The notes: generated by a model not told the origin, from the sequence alone. A stretch of 64,000 nucleotides of DNA from an uncultured delta proteobacterium (GCA_963706575.1 CAVPNL010000005.1:1-64000); one strand, 5' to 3'; shown: positions 20,053 to 30,181, counted from the stretch's first letter. Numbers and translations: made by a program.

Positions 20053-20691
20053 CTACTTCTGCACCCATTGCTTGGAAAGATTTACGGCAGCGACGGCATC
20101 AGGCCCATAGGCATCCGCATCGGTATACTTTCTCACCTTCTCATCAACCGCACCGCCGCCTACCATAATCTTGACCTGGTCGCGTAATCCCGCATTTTTG
20201 ATAACATCAACTGTGTTTTTCATCGATTCAAGGGCCGTGGTCAACAAGGCGCTCATGCCCACAACCGCGGGCTGAATTTGGCTGATCGCATCAACGAATT
20301 TTTCTGCGGGTACATCGACACCCAGATCGTGAACTTCAAAACCATTGATATCCAACAAAAATACGACGATGTCTTTTCCAATGTCGTGAATATCCCCTTT
20401 GACTGATCCGATGACCACTTTACCTTTGGCTTCAGCCTTTTTGTCGGGTTCTGTTCGAATAAATGGCTTGGCTATTTTGGATATCCGCTTTAACATCTCA
20501 CCTGATAAAATCAGTTCGGGCAGAAAATATTTGCCGGCTTCAAACTGTTTGCCGACAATTTCCAGGGCCTCGCGACAGCGCTCTAATACCTTCAGCGGGT
20601 CTTCACCGGCATCCAGTAATTTTTGAGCCAGTTCCATGGCTTCGGCTTCGCGCATGTGGATCATGGCATCGACTAAATCATTGGACATCAT
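20053..20691 (-). CDS. corrinoid (cobalamin-binding) protein
   Basis: Cap domain YFLPELILSG; GDIHDIGK (DxHxxG), DLGVDVP, MSALLT, MVGG. Confidence 0.92.
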   Translation of the reverse strand: MMSNDLVDAMIHMREAEAMELAQKLLDAGEDPLKVLERCREALEIVGKQFEAGKYFLPELILSGEMLKRISKIAKPFIRTEPDKKAEAKGKVVIGSVKGDIHDIGKDIVVFLLDINGFEVHDLGVDVPAEKFVDAISQIQPAVVGMSALLTTALESMKNTVDVIKNAGLRDQVKIMVGGGAVDEKVRKYTDADAYGPDAVAAVNLSKQWVQK

Positions 20692-20699
20692 ATATCTCC

Positions 20700-22043
20700 T
20701 TATTGATAAATTCCGTAACCTTTTGAAAACTCGATCATGGTCCTGACATTTTCGGCCTTAGCCCCCTGCATGCCGGCTCCGGTGGAAAAAATAAACCCGC
20801 CGTCCTTACCGGCAACGTCGATAAGGTCCTTGCAATAGGCTTTGACATCATCGGGCGTTGCGGTGCAAAGCAAAGATATCGGCACATTGCCGGCAATACA
20901 GGCCACCTGGCCAACCGTCTTTTTTGCCTGGGCCATGTCTGTCAGGTCAAACCACCAGACAACTTTCCCCTTGGGAATATCGCTAATCACCTCCAGACGC
21001 TGATTATAACCACCTTCAGCAAACAGTTGCGGAACCATGCCGGCATTAACTAGCCCGATAATTACCTTCCTGAGGGTTGGCCAGTAAAATGTCTGAAACT
21101 GTTCTGCGGACATGAATGCGTCGGCCCCCTTGTGCAAAGGAATAAACGGCATGATGTGCCCGGTGGCCTTGCATGAGGCGACGCCGGATTTAACCATAAA
21201 CGGCGTTATCCTTTCACAGGCCTCTATCAGTTCGTCCGGGTGCCGGTACATGTCCATGAGGACTTCTCTTGTGCCCCTCAACGTATCGCCGATCACGTCA
21301 AAAGGCGCTTTGGTGAAGCCGCCTGAAAAGGCCGGATAGCCCTTGCCCATTATTGATCTGTTTAGCCGGCCCACCGCATCCCGCCAGCGGATTGTTTCTT
21401 CGCCCGCTTTTGCCAGATTGCTGAACGCGGCCTGGATTTCTTTATCGCCGAACGGAAACAATGCAGGCGGAATACAGGGGATTTCATTGACCGGTGGTAG
21501 CAACGGCATGTTTTGCAGAGGCTTTAAGCTCCCGAAGATGCGCGGAAAAAACGTATTCATGAAAAATCCGGTGGGGTCATCGATTAAGTCCTGATACTCA
21601 TCGGCTTTCATATACTCTTTTTCCACATACTGGTATTCACTGTCTTCGGACACCCCGTGTCCGGGCCACTGACCGAGCTTGAGATCCAATATGTCCAATA
21701 CCCTTCCCGGCACTACGGTCGTGGGCGCGTTGTAGGCATCCGGTGCGAGATCGTTGCTATACTTTTCCCAGGCCCGTGCCAACGCATCATAGTCATACAT
21801 GGCGTCGTACATGCTGAAGCCGGCATATTGAATCGGAAAAAATCCGGCTGAAGGGCATATGGGGATTCTTTGGGGGATCTTTTTGAGCTGGATCGCATCT
21901 TTTAACAGCGTGACTCTGGCTTTATAATCCGCTTCAGCTTCCGGGCTGGCAAAAGGGATCCCTTTTCCCGAGAGCCATGTATCGAATTGCTTCTTCTGGT
22001 TCTGATCAGCACTTTCTGAGACTTTGAGAAACCGCTCTTTCAT
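20700..22043 (-). CDS. large UroD-family protein (putative substrate:corrinoid methyltransferase)
   Basis: PFDVIGDTLRG, PLHKGADAFMS.EQF..FYWP, CIAGNVP, GGFIF; RBS GAGGAG before ATG 22043. Confidence 0.8.
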   Translation of the reverse strand: MKERFLKVSESADQNQKKQFDTWLSGKGIPFASPEAEADYKARVTLLKDAIQLKKIPQRIPICPSAGFFPIQYAGFSMYDAMYDYDALARAWEKYSNDLAPDAYNAPTTVVPGRVLDILDLKLGQWPGHGVSEDSEYQYVEKEYMKADEYQDLIDDPTGFFMNTFFPRIFGSLKPLQNMPLLPPVNEIPCIPPALFPFGDKEIQAAFSNLAKAGEETIRWRDAVGRLNRSIMGKGYPAFSGGFTKAPFDVIGDTLRGTREVLMDMYRHPDELIEACERITPFMVKSGVASCKATGHIMPFIPLHKGADAFMSAEQFQTFYWPTLRKVIIGLVNAGMVPQLFAEGGYNQRLEVISDIPKGKVVWWFDLTDMAQAKKTVGQVACIAGNVPISLLCTATPDDVKAYCKDLIDVAGKDGGFIFSTGAGMQGAKAENVRTMIEFSKGYGIYQ

Positions 22044-22058
22044 TCTATTGCTCCTCAA

Positions 22059-22511
22059 TCATTGTATTTCTGAGTTAATTTTGTCATGAAGCTTTTTGGT
22101 ATTACCCCAAAATATGCACCGGGTCGGGCAGACCTTGCTGCAGGCAGGATCGTCACCGCTGTCGATCCTGGCAACACAGAGGTCGCACTTTACTGCAATT
22201 TCAGTGTTATCGTCAAATTGCATCGCCCCAAAGGGACAGGCCTCGAGACATTCGCGGCAGCCGATACAAAGCTCATTGTTGATGAGCACCAGGCCGCGTT
22301 CATCTCTGATAATCGCTTCCACGGGACATGACTCCAAACAGGGGGCTTTGGTACAGTGATGACAATATGTTGGGATAAAATCAGGAGATTTTTCAGTCAC
22401 CCGGATCAGCCTTGGCCCTACACCGAGGCCATGCTCTTGTTTACAGGCTATCTCGCAGGCATGACAGCCCATACAATCTTTTTTAAATATCACGAAAGAA
22501 GTTTTTCCCAT
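22059..22511 (-). CDS. 4Fe-4S dicluster protein (DmsB/NrfC-like beta subunit)
   Basis: CMGCHACEIAC, CHHC..APC..SCP, CIGCREC..ACP, KCDLC...PAC..VCP. Confidence 0.9.
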   Translation of the reverse strand: MGKTSFVIFKKDCMGCHACEIACKQEHGLGVGPRLIRVTEKSPDFIPTYCHHCTKAPCLESCPVEAIIRDERGLVLINNELCIGCRECLEACPFGAMQFDDNTEIAVKCDLCVARIDSGDDPACSKVCPTRCIFWGNTKKLHDKINSEIQ

Positions 22512-22521
22512 GCTGCTTCTC

Positions 22522-24609
22522 CTATTCTTTTTCAGCCGGTGAAATGTTGCACAATAACGCACGCAGGTTAGTGGCTCCCATAACGGGGTCCATCGATTCA
22601 TGGGAATTGTCGGTCAGCATATTGATGTTCGAGATATTCCAACCATGACCCGGGTCTTTAATCTCCGGATACCACCAGCCGTGTTCCGCAACAATTACCC
22701 TGGGGTCGATGCCCTTGTTCAGTTTGGCGCGTTCTTTGGCTTTACCCCTTGGCGACTCGATATTGACCCAATCTCCTTCAGCGATGCCATGTTTTGCTGC
22801 CGTTTCCGGGTGTATCTCAACAATCGGATCCGGCCGGATCTCTCTTAACCACGGAATCATGCGGTTTGCCGAATGGAAAAATGTAGGTGTGCGCAAGCCC
22901 GGATTGAGGATATAGGGATATTTTTCGGTCAAGTCCGGACGAGAAACCGGACTTTCCGGGATTTCCGTATATTTCGGCAACGGATCACGGCCCCATTTTT
23001 CTAAAATGGTGGAGTATAATTCCACTTTGCCGGTAGGGGTTGAAAACCCATTTTCCTGGTATTTATAATACGTTTGCTCTCCTTTTAGATATCCCTTTTC
23101 TTTGAACTGATCCCAGGTCAAACCGGAGGGTTCCAGCAGATAATCCAGGGCGTCTTCTACCGTATCCCACCATTCCTGCCCCATGCGCTTACCCAGTTCC
23201 ATAAATATTTTGTGATCCTGCCAGCATTCACCGATTTCGACTGCCTTTTGCCGGGCTAAAATGTAACCGTGGCGCTTCCAGTTATCCGCGACATGATTTT
23301 GCTCGAGCCAGGTGCCGGCCGGCAGAAAAACGTCTGCCAGTTCCGCCGTAGGCGTCAGGAAAAAATCGATGACAGCCAGGAAATCAAGCTTATTTAACGC
23401 CTCATATGCCTCATTGGCGTTCGCCCGGGTAATTACGGGGTTGGTGCCGCAAAGCAGCCCGGCTTTAAGCGGGTAGGGTTTGCCGGTCAAAATTGCATCC
23501 CAGGCCACCTTGGGTGTAATCAAGGCCACCCGGGAAGCCAGCGGGTATTGCTCGGCACCCAGCCGTTTCTGGCGCTGTTCTTTAGGAAGGTCTCTATGCC
23601 GGGAGAAAGCAGAAACCGTGCGTACCGGCGGCGGTACAAAAAATGCGTTGCCGCCGGGGACATCCAGATTCCCTGTTGTCGCCATTAAACCCGTAAGTAG
23701 GCGGGTACAGTCAGTGCAGTTAATGGTTTGTTCCGTGGGTACGCCCCATTGCAATGCCGCCGGTTTTGTTTCGGCATACAAGCGCGCCGCTTTTCGAATT
23801 AAGTCTTTGTTGACCCAGGTAATCTCAGCCACCCGATCCAGGGGGTATTCCTTAACCCTTTGCTTAAACGCATCCCAGCCGTTGATGAAATTTTCCACAA
23901 AGGTCTGGTCATAAAGCGCTTCTTCAATAATGACATTGAAAAAGCCCATTGCCAGGGCCGCATCTGTGCCGGGACGAAGCTGCAGCCAGAGGTCGGCCTT
24001 TTTAGCGAGAAAACCTTTGCGGGGATCGATAACAATGAGTTTGGCCCCCTGTTTATAGGCCTTCCAGAAATCCACCCCTTTGTGTTCATCCGGGTTGGTC
24101 CATTGGGGGTTACAGGCCCACATGAGGATGCATTCGGGTTTGCCGTTCCAGTCCGCCACCGGCAAATTGCCGCAGGTGATCAATGTTGCCCCGACCCGGG
24201 AGACATAACACATGTGCCCGGCAGTCAGGATATTGGGGGTGCCGAGCAAATTGGCAAACCGGTATAAATGGCTTTCATAATCGCGGCCGGTTCCCTGCCC
24301 GATAACGATGGATTCGGCCCCGTGCTGTTCAATGACGGCATTAAATCGATCGGTTACTGTATCCAGGGCTTCATCCCAGGCAATTCGCTGCCACCCGTTG
24401 CTGCCTTTTTTCATGGGATACCGGATTCTATCCGGATGATAGGCCAGTTGCGTCACCGCAAGCCCTTTGCTGCACAGGGTGCCATGGCTGAGAGGAGAAT
24501 CCGGGTCCCCTTCTACCTTGACCACTTTGCCGTCCTTTACATGGGCGATGACACCACATCCACCATGACAGTTTCGGCAGGCAGTCCTGACCTTTTTTAC
24601 GTTTTCCAT
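22522..24609 (-). CDS. molybdopterin (Mo/W-bisPGD) oxidoreductase, acetylene-hydratase-like clade, no Tat signal
   Basis: CRNCHGGC...LCSKG 4Fe-4S, RFANLLGTPN..AGHMC, LRPGTDAALA, KPYPLKA, TPTGKVELYS; RBS GAGGAGG before ATG 24609. Confidence 0.88.
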   Translation of the reverse strand: MENVKKVRTACRNCHGGCGVIAHVKDGKVVKVEGDPDSPLSHGTLCSKGLAVTQLAYHPDRIRYPMKKGSNGWQRIAWDEALDTVTDRFNAVIEQHGAESIVIGQGTGRDYESHLYRFANLLGTPNILTAGHMCYVSRVGATLITCGNLPVADWNGKPECILMWACNPQWTNPDEHKGVDFWKAYKQGAKLIVIDPRKGFLAKKADLWLQLRPGTDAALAMGFFNVIIEEALYDQTFVENFINGWDAFKQRVKEYPLDRVAEITWVNKDLIRKAARLYAETKPAALQWGVPTEQTINCTDCTRLLTGLMATTGNLDVPGGNAFFVPPPVRTVSAFSRHRDLPKEQRQKRLGAEQYPLASRVALITPKVAWDAILTGKPYPLKAGLLCGTNPVITRANANEAYEALNKLDFLAVIDFFLTPTAELADVFLPAGTWLEQNHVADNWKRHGYILARQKAVEIGECWQDHKIFMELGKRMGQEWWDTVEDALDYLLEPSGLTWDQFKEKGYLKGEQTYYKYQENGFSTPTGKVELYSTILEKWGRDPLPKYTEIPESPVSRPDLTEKYPYILNPGLRTPTFFHSANRMIPWLREIRPDPIVEIHPETAAKHGIAEGDWVNIESPRGKAKERAKLNKGIDPRVIVAEHGWWYPEIKDPGHGWNISNINMLTDNSHESMDPVMGATNLRALLCNISPAEKE

Positions 24610-24701
24610 AAAAACCTCCTCATATTGTTCCATGCGCTCAAGCGAATTGATGTATCAAGCTTCAAGCGTCAGCAAAGCTCAAAGTGAAACCACTTCTAGT
24701 C

Positions 24702-25466
24702 TTATTCCGGACTGAACCGGCTCTCGATTTCAGCCACAATCTCTTTTAGATAGCTGGAATAGCGCGGAATATTCTCTTCTGTTATCTGCTTTTTCAGGCC
24801 GACCGCCCAGATGGCGACCTGGGTATTGATGCTAAAAATATTAAGGGGAACTGCAAATCCCCGAATGCCCTCGATATATTCTTCCATGTCGATGGCGATG
24901 CCTTCTTGGCGAGCCTGCTTAATCAGCGCTTTATATTTGTTTTTGTTTACGCACGAATTGGGGGTAAATTCCTCTAATTTATTTTTTGACAGAATATCGT
25001 TCACCTCGGCATTGGACATTTGTGCCAGTAAAACCCTGCCACCGGCTCCGGCGAGCAACGGTATTCGCATCCCGATTTCGGAATAAATTTTTATATCAAA
25101 AGCGGTGTCTACTTTATCGATGATAACGGCCCGCATTCCTGCACGCAGGCCTAAAAAGGCCGACAATTTGGTTTTCTGATTGATTTTTTCAAGATAAGGA
25201 TGAACCGTAATGAGCAATTCAGAGCTGCGGCCGGCAGCCTTGCCCAGCGTGTATAACCGCATGCCGTACTGGAATTTATTCCCGCCGGATTGTTCGAGGA
25301 CCCCTAAATCATTGAGCGTATGAAGCATGTTGAACACGGTGCTTTTGTTGTAGTTCAGTGCTTTGGAAATCTCACTGACACCCAGCGGCTTCTTTAAGCG
25401 GGCGAAAAGGGTTAAAATCGCAAAACACTTGTCGATGGCGGGAACGCGTTTAAATGCTGTTTTCAT
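24702..25466 (-). CDS. IclR family regulator
   Basis: VPAIDKCFAIL, HTH GVSEISKAL..NKSTV, IGMRIPL.AGAGGR, EEYIEGIRGFAVP. Confidence 0.9.
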   Translation of the reverse strand: MKTAFKRVPAIDKCFAILTLFARLKKPLGVSEISKALNYNKSTVFNMLHTLNDLGVLEQSGGNKFQYGMRLYTLGKAAGRSSELLITVHPYLEKINQKTKLSAFLGLRAGMRAVIIDKVDTAFDIKIYSEIGMRIPLLAGAGGRVLLAQMSNAEVNDILSKNKLEEFTPNSCVNKNKYKALIKQARQEGIAIDMEEYIEGIRGFAVPLNIFSINTQVAIWAVGLKKQITEENIPRYSSYLKEIVAEIESRFSPE

Positions 25467-25495
25467 GGCAGGTATCTGAATCGTAAAATATAAGA

Positions 25496-25628
25496 CTCTA
25501 TAGAGAACATAAGTATCCTATATAGATTATCCGCATTTGCCTGTCAACTGAATAATCGCAAAAATGAACATTTTGGTTGACAATTCAGCAGGGATATTCT
25601 ATGTAGGATCAACTCGTTCTCCATAGAG
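25496..25628. promoter_or_regulatory. divergent sigma70-like promoters with candidate IclR boxes
   Basis: Minus-strand TTGACA (25547-25542) 17 bp from TATATA; plus-strand TTGACA at 25577; CTCTATAGAGAAC (25496) and inverted GTTCTCCATAGAG (25616). Confidence 0.55.
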
Positions 25629-25758
25629 ACCGATTATCGATCCACACAAATATCCCCGTGGGTTTATTGATTGTTTGCTCATAAAATGCGTGCGCAGCAC
25701 GCGATCGTAAGCACAATATACTTGCAGAATTCCCACCTTGAAAGGAGGTAAACGAACG

Positions 25759-26880
25759 ATGACAAAAAAAACTTTTGGGATTTCTCTGGCTTTCGCCTTA
25801 ATCATCAGTCTGGCATTAATCCTTCCCGGCCATCACCTGGCGGAGTCTTCCGCGAAGGTGATCCAGCTGAAAGTTGCGAATTTCTTTCCGCCCCCGTCTT
25901 TTCAATCCAAAGTGCTGGAAGAATTTTGCCGTGACCTGGAAAAGCGCACCGCTGGCAAGGTAAAAGTTGATTACTATGCCGGCGGCTCATTGCTGAAATC
26001 AACGGCAACGTTTGATGGGGTGGTGAGCGGAATCGCTGATATCGGTTACTCTCACGTGTATTACACCCCGGGCCGCATGGCGGTTACCGAAGCCGCCGGT
26101 TTGCCTCTCGGCTTTGCCACTGGCTGGGTTGCCAGTCAGGTCATGAATGACTTCTACCTGGAATTTAAGCCCAAGGAATTTGATGATGTCAAAGTGCTGT
26201 GGTTGAATGCTTCCCCCGATACCGCCATCGCCACTGCCAAGAAGCCGATCCGCCAGCTGGAAGACCTCAAGGGGCTCACCATACGGGCACCCGGGATCGC
26301 TGGCGAAGTTATCAAGGCGCTGGGAGCAACTCCGGCTCCAACACCGATGCCGGAAGTGTATGATGCGATTTCCAAAGGCGTCATCGACGGGGAGACGTCA
26401 AACTTTGAAACCCTTTTCGCGTTCAAGTTCGCTGAAGTGGTAAAATATACGACATCCGTCTGGCAAATCAACAATCCCTATCCCTTTTATCTGGTGATGA
26501 ACAAGAACAGCTATAAGAAATTGCCGCCAGACATCAAAAGCATCTTTGACGAACTTGTAGGAGAGTACAAGGAGCGATATATCTTGATGTGGAATGCCAT
26601 CGATTTCATTGGCAAGGCTTTTGGTTTGAAGAAGGGGGTAGAATTTATTGAATTGCCTGCAGATGAGCTTCCTAAGTGGCAGGCAGCTGTCGAACCGGTT
26701 ATCGATGATTATGTAAAAAGGATGGTGAAAAAAGGGTATTCCGAAACCGAGGTGAAAGGCTGGATCAAATTTTTGCGGGAGCGAAGTGATTTCTGGAAAG
26801 CAAAGCAGATCGCACTGCGCATTCCGTCAGCCGCCGGACCTCCAGAGCTGAAACCCGAGGCTTTCAAACTGGGGGACTAA
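25759..26880 (+). CDS. dctP: TRAP transporter substrate-binding protein
   Basis: Signal peptide; YTPGRM, LEDLKGLTIRAPG, EVYDAISKGVIDG. Confidence 0.9.
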   Translation: MTKKTFGISLAFALIISLALILPGHHLAESSAKVIQLKVANFFPPPSFQSKVLEEFCRDLEKRTAGKVKVDYYAGGSLLKSTATFDGVVSGIADIGYSHVYYTPGRMAVTEAAGLPLGFATGWVASQVMNDFYLEFKPKEFDDVKVLWLNASPDTAIATAKKPIRQLEDLKGLTIRAPGIAGEVIKALGATPAPTPMPEVYDAISKGVIDGETSNFETLFAFKFAEVVKYTTSVWQINNPYPFYLVMNKNSYKKLPPDIKSIFDELVGEYKERYILMWNAIDFIGKAFGLKKGVEFIELPADELPKWQAAVEPVIDDYVKRMVKKGYSETEVKGWIKFLRERSDFWKAKQIALRIPSAAGPPELKPEAFKLGD

Positions 26881-26927
26881 GGCCTGATAGACCCGAACTT
26901 CTTACCAAGCTAGATTTGCGTCGTTGA

Positions 26928-26959
26928 GGTGGATGCAGGGCATAGTCCCTGCATCCACC
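26928..26959. terminator. 13-bp-stem hairpin between dctP and dctQ
   Basis: GGTGGATGCAGGG-CATAGT-CCCTGCATCCACC; no U-tract, so more likely an mRNA-stability element. Confidence 0.55.
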
Positions 26960-26978
26960 ATAATGTTGAGGGATTGAA

Positions 26979-27470
26979 GTGCTCGACAAATTTGAAAATT
27001 TTAATCGCCGGATAAGTGACTGGTTTGAGTGGATCGGGCTTGCAGCCTTGCTGCTGATGATGGTGATTACATTCATCGATGTCGTGGGGGCCAAGGTTTT
27101 TCGGTGGCGTCTTCTTGGCGCCATTGACATCGTGCAGCTTTCCCAGATAGTGGCTATGTCTTTTGCTGCCAGCATGGCGCTGCTTCTGGGCCGGCATATT
27201 CAGGTGGAATTTTTTTTCAATCTGCTGCCGCGGCGTGCCCAGGCAGTGATTGACAGCGTTGTTCCTCTGCTTGGCTTGGGACTGTTCATCGTGATTGTTT
27301 GGCGCCTTTGTGTGCTGGGTCGTTCTTTTCAAACCACAGGCGAGTATACGGCAACTGCTTACATACCCTTGTATCCTTTCGCCTATGCTGTTGCCCTTGC
27401 CTGCATTCCTATGTGTTTGATATTGTTGCTGGAGTTTCTTAAGTCGCTGACGAAGAGGGAAAAGAAATGA
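26979..27470 (+). CDS. dctQ: TRAP transporter small permease
   Basis: Four hydrophobic segments, HIQVEFF. Confidence 0.85.
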   Translation: MLDKFENFNRRISDWFEWIGLAALLLMMVITFIDVVGAKVFRWRLLGAIDIVQLSQIVAMSFAASMALLLGRHIQVEFFFNLLPRRAQAVIDSVVPLLGLGLFIVIVWRLCVLGRSFQTTGEYTATAYIPLYPFAYAVALACIPMCLILLLEFLKSLTKREKK

Positions 27471-28771
27471 GCCCAGATACTGCAGGCATTATCGGTATCG
27501 TTCTTCTCGTTGCCCTCTTTCTGATCAGGGTGCCGGTGGCTTTCGCCATGGCCCTGGTTGGGTTTGTTGGTTTTGCTTTTTTAACGGGTCCAGAGGCGGC
27601 ATTGAATCTTTTAGGCATTGATATCTACGACACTTTTTCATCCTACCCGTTAAGTGTTATTCCCATGTTTATCCTTATGGGTACCTTCGCCTTTGCTTCT
27701 GGAATTAGCCGAAGGCTTTTCAGGACCGCCTATGCCTGGATAGGTCACCTCCGGGGCGGCCTGACGGTAGCCACCGTCTTTGCCTGTGCCGGGTTCGGTG
27801 CGATTTGCGGGTCGAGCACCGCGACGGCAGCCACAATGGGAAAAATAGCGCTTCCGGAGATGAAAAAGTATAAATACGATGACACCCTTGCCACCGGTAC
27901 CGTTGCCGCTGCCGGCACCCTGGGCATCCTTATCCCACCGAGCACCGTCCTGATTGTCTATGGGATATTGACCGAGGAATCCATCGGCAAACTTTTCGTC
28001 GCCGGCATCGTGCCGGGGATACTTCTGAGCATCTTTTTTGCCGCAACAGTGGTTTATCTGTGCTGGCGCAAGCCCTCTATCGGTCCCCCTGGAGAACCAT
28101 CCAGCTGGCGGGATAAGCTGAAAGCGCTTACCGGAATTATTGAGGCCCTGCTTCTTTTCCTGCTGGCCATTGGGGGGCTTTTCCTCGGGTGGTTCAGCCC
28201 CACTCAGGCCGGCGCAATCGGAGCCGGTGGTGCTTTGATCATCGGCCTGGCTCGACGCCAGATTAGCTGGCAGTCATTTATTGAGGCCGGCAAGGAGGCC
28301 CTGGCAACATCCTGCATGGTGATATTCATTATTACCGGGGCGGTCATCTTTGGTCATTTCATGGCGGTATCAAGGATACCTTTTTTGCTGGCTGACTGGC
28401 TGGGAGCGCTTCCCATCCACCCGATGGCCGTCATGGCCGTCATTGTATTCATTTACTTTATCGGCGGCTTCTTTATGGATTCTATGGGTCTCATTGTGGT
28501 TACCGTCCCCATTTTCTTCCCGATAGTTCAGAAGCTCGGCTTTGACCCGATCTGGTTTGGGGTCATCATCGTGCTCGTCGGAGAGATGGGGGTTATCACG
28601 CCGCCTGTGGGCGTGAACGTATTTGTCATTAAAGGCATTGCCCCCGACATTCCTCTGGAAAGGATCTTTAGAGGTATTTTGCCCTTTCTGGTGGCCCTGA
28701 TTGCTTTTACGATTTTACTGATGATTTTCCCGGGAATCGCAACTTTTTTGCCAGGACTGATCACTTATTAG
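27467..28771 (+). CDS. dctM: TRAP transporter large permease
   Basis: IPMFILMG, GSSTATAA, GTLGILIPPS, ITPPVG.N. Confidence 0.92.
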   Translation: MSPDTAGIIGIVLLVALFLIRVPVAFAMALVGFVGFAFLTGPEAALNLLGIDIYDTFSSYPLSVIPMFILMGTFAFASGISRRLFRTAYAWIGHLRGGLTVATVFACAGFGAICGSSTATAATMGKIALPEMKKYKYDDTLATGTVAAAGTLGILIPPSTVLIVYGILTEESIGKLFVAGIVPGILLSIFFAATVVYLCWRKPSIGPPGEPSSWRDKLKALTGIIEALLLFLLAIGGLFLGWFSPTQAGAIGAGGALIIGLARRQISWQSFIEAGKEALATSCMVIFIITGAVIFGHFMAVSRIPFLLADWLGALPIHPMAVMAVIVFIYFIGGFFMDSMGLIVVTVPIFFPIVQKLGFDPIWFGVIIVLVGEMGVITPPVGVNVFVIKGIAPDIPLERIFRGILPFLVALIAFTILLMIFPGIATFLPGLITY

Positions 28772-28897
28772 AATTTCGCGCAGAAACTCACAGAATAACC
28801 ACACGGGCTGCATGGCACATGGGCTGCCTTTGAGCCCTGTATGCCGGTGTAGATCGATTAACGCCTTGAGATAGTTGGCAAGGGCCCGCACCCTTTT

Positions 28898-30112
28898 TTA
28901 GCACCATTCATATTGTTCCCGTTCAATAATGGTGGCCACGCCCTGGCCACCGCCAACACAGGCATTCGCGCATCCGTATCGACCCCCTTTGACATTCAAT
29001 ATACGGGCCAGGGTGCCGGTCAAGCGGATGCCGGTGGCGCCCAGCGGGTGGCCGATGGCGGTGCCGCCGCCCATGACGTTCACTTTTTCCGGATCCAACC
29101 CCAGTTCCTGGATGCAGTTGAGGGCAACGATGCAAAATGCCTCGTTAATCTCCCAGAAGTCAATGTCGCTGGCGTTTAGCCCGGCTTTCTCTAAAGCCTT
29201 TTTGCTGGCCGGCACCGGGCCCTGCCCCATAATCGTGGGATCCACACCGGCAAATCCAATGGACCGGATGGTTGCCAATGGTTTGATACCTTTCTTTTTG
29301 GCGGTTTCCCTGGACATCAACAGCATGGAGGTTGCCCCGGCGTTCAGTGGGGAAGAATTGCCGGCCGTAATCACCCCGTCCGGTTTAAATGCGGGTCTAA
29401 GATCCGCCATGCCCTCAACGGTGGCACCTTCCCGCACCGCCTGATCCTGATCCACGGTCAGGATTTTTCCATCGGCCTGTTCAGCTGCGATGGGAAGGAT
29501 TTCTTCTTCAAAGAATCCTTCGGACCGGGCTTTGGCGGCCCGCTGGTGGGATCGTGCTCCCCAGCGGTCGATATCTTCTCGCGTAAAATCCGTCTGAGAA
29601 ATTAATTTTTCGGCAGTCAGGCCCATGTTGGTAGTGGTCATCATGTCCCAGTGCTGATAGGCGGGATCCGTGAAAAGCGTCATATTCGGCACGATGTGGC
29701 CCCTGTCGACGAGCTGCCCGCCCATGGGCACGCGGGTCATATGTTCCATACCCCCCACCATAACCACATCGGCAAAATCCTGGGCAATTTCCATGAATCC
29801 GATATGGATGCCGGCCATGGCAGAACCACACTGCTGATCAACGAATTTTGCCGGTATGGTCTCCGGTAAATTGGCCAGAAAGATGGGGTAACGTCCGCCA
29901 TAGGCCCACTGCTCGTTAACAGCCGTAGCGCACCCCAGCAGAAAATCGTCGATCTCCTTCGGGTCGACGCCGGTTCTTTTTATCAATTCCGGCATCAGCT
30001 GCGCTAACAATTCATCGGCCCTCATCTTGCAAAACCAGTCCCTGGCCGGGTCGTTGGGTCTGGAACGTGATTGGGCTGTCCTTAGATAACCTGCGATAAC
30101 GACTTCTTTCAT
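28898..30112 (-). CDS. acetyl-CoA C-acyltransferase (thiolase)
   Basis: QQCGS, TAGNSS, EINEAF, GHPLGATG, CVGGGQG. Confidence 0.92.
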   Translation of the reverse strand: MKEVVIAGYLRTAQSRSRPNDPARDWFCKMRADELLAQLMPELIKRTGVDPKEIDDFLLGCATAVNEQWAYGGRYPIFLANLPETIPAKFVDQQCGSAMAGIHIGFMEIAQDFADVVMVGGMEHMTRVPMGGQLVDRGHIVPNMTLFTDPAYQHWDMMTTTNMGLTAEKLISQTDFTREDIDRWGARSHQRAAKARSEGFFEEEILPIAAEQADGKILTVDQDQAVREGATVEGMADLRPAFKPDGVITAGNSSPLNAGATSMLLMSRETAKKKGIKPLATIRSIGFAGVDPTIMGQGPVPASKKALEKAGLNASDIDFWEINEAFCIVALNCIQELGLDPEKVNVMGGGTAIGHPLGATGIRLTGTLARILNVKGGRYGCANACVGGGQGVATIIEREQYEWC

Positions 30113-30181
30113 GGGTTTGCCTCCATTTTTTCGTTGAATAGTTAAATAGTTGATTCGTTAAATTGGTTGGTGAACGAAGTC

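Noticed and set aside
18901..22043. Pyrrolysine readthrough in the methyltransferases, or true uroporphyrinogen decarboxylase (hemE)
   Set aside because: No in-frame TAG; the corrinoid context and HxC...C Zn motif fit methyltransferases, and HemE's N-terminal WxMRQAGR motif is absent
22522..24609. Bona fide acetylene hydratase
   Set aside because: The catalytic Asp13 equivalent is His, and an electron-transfer subunit is attached
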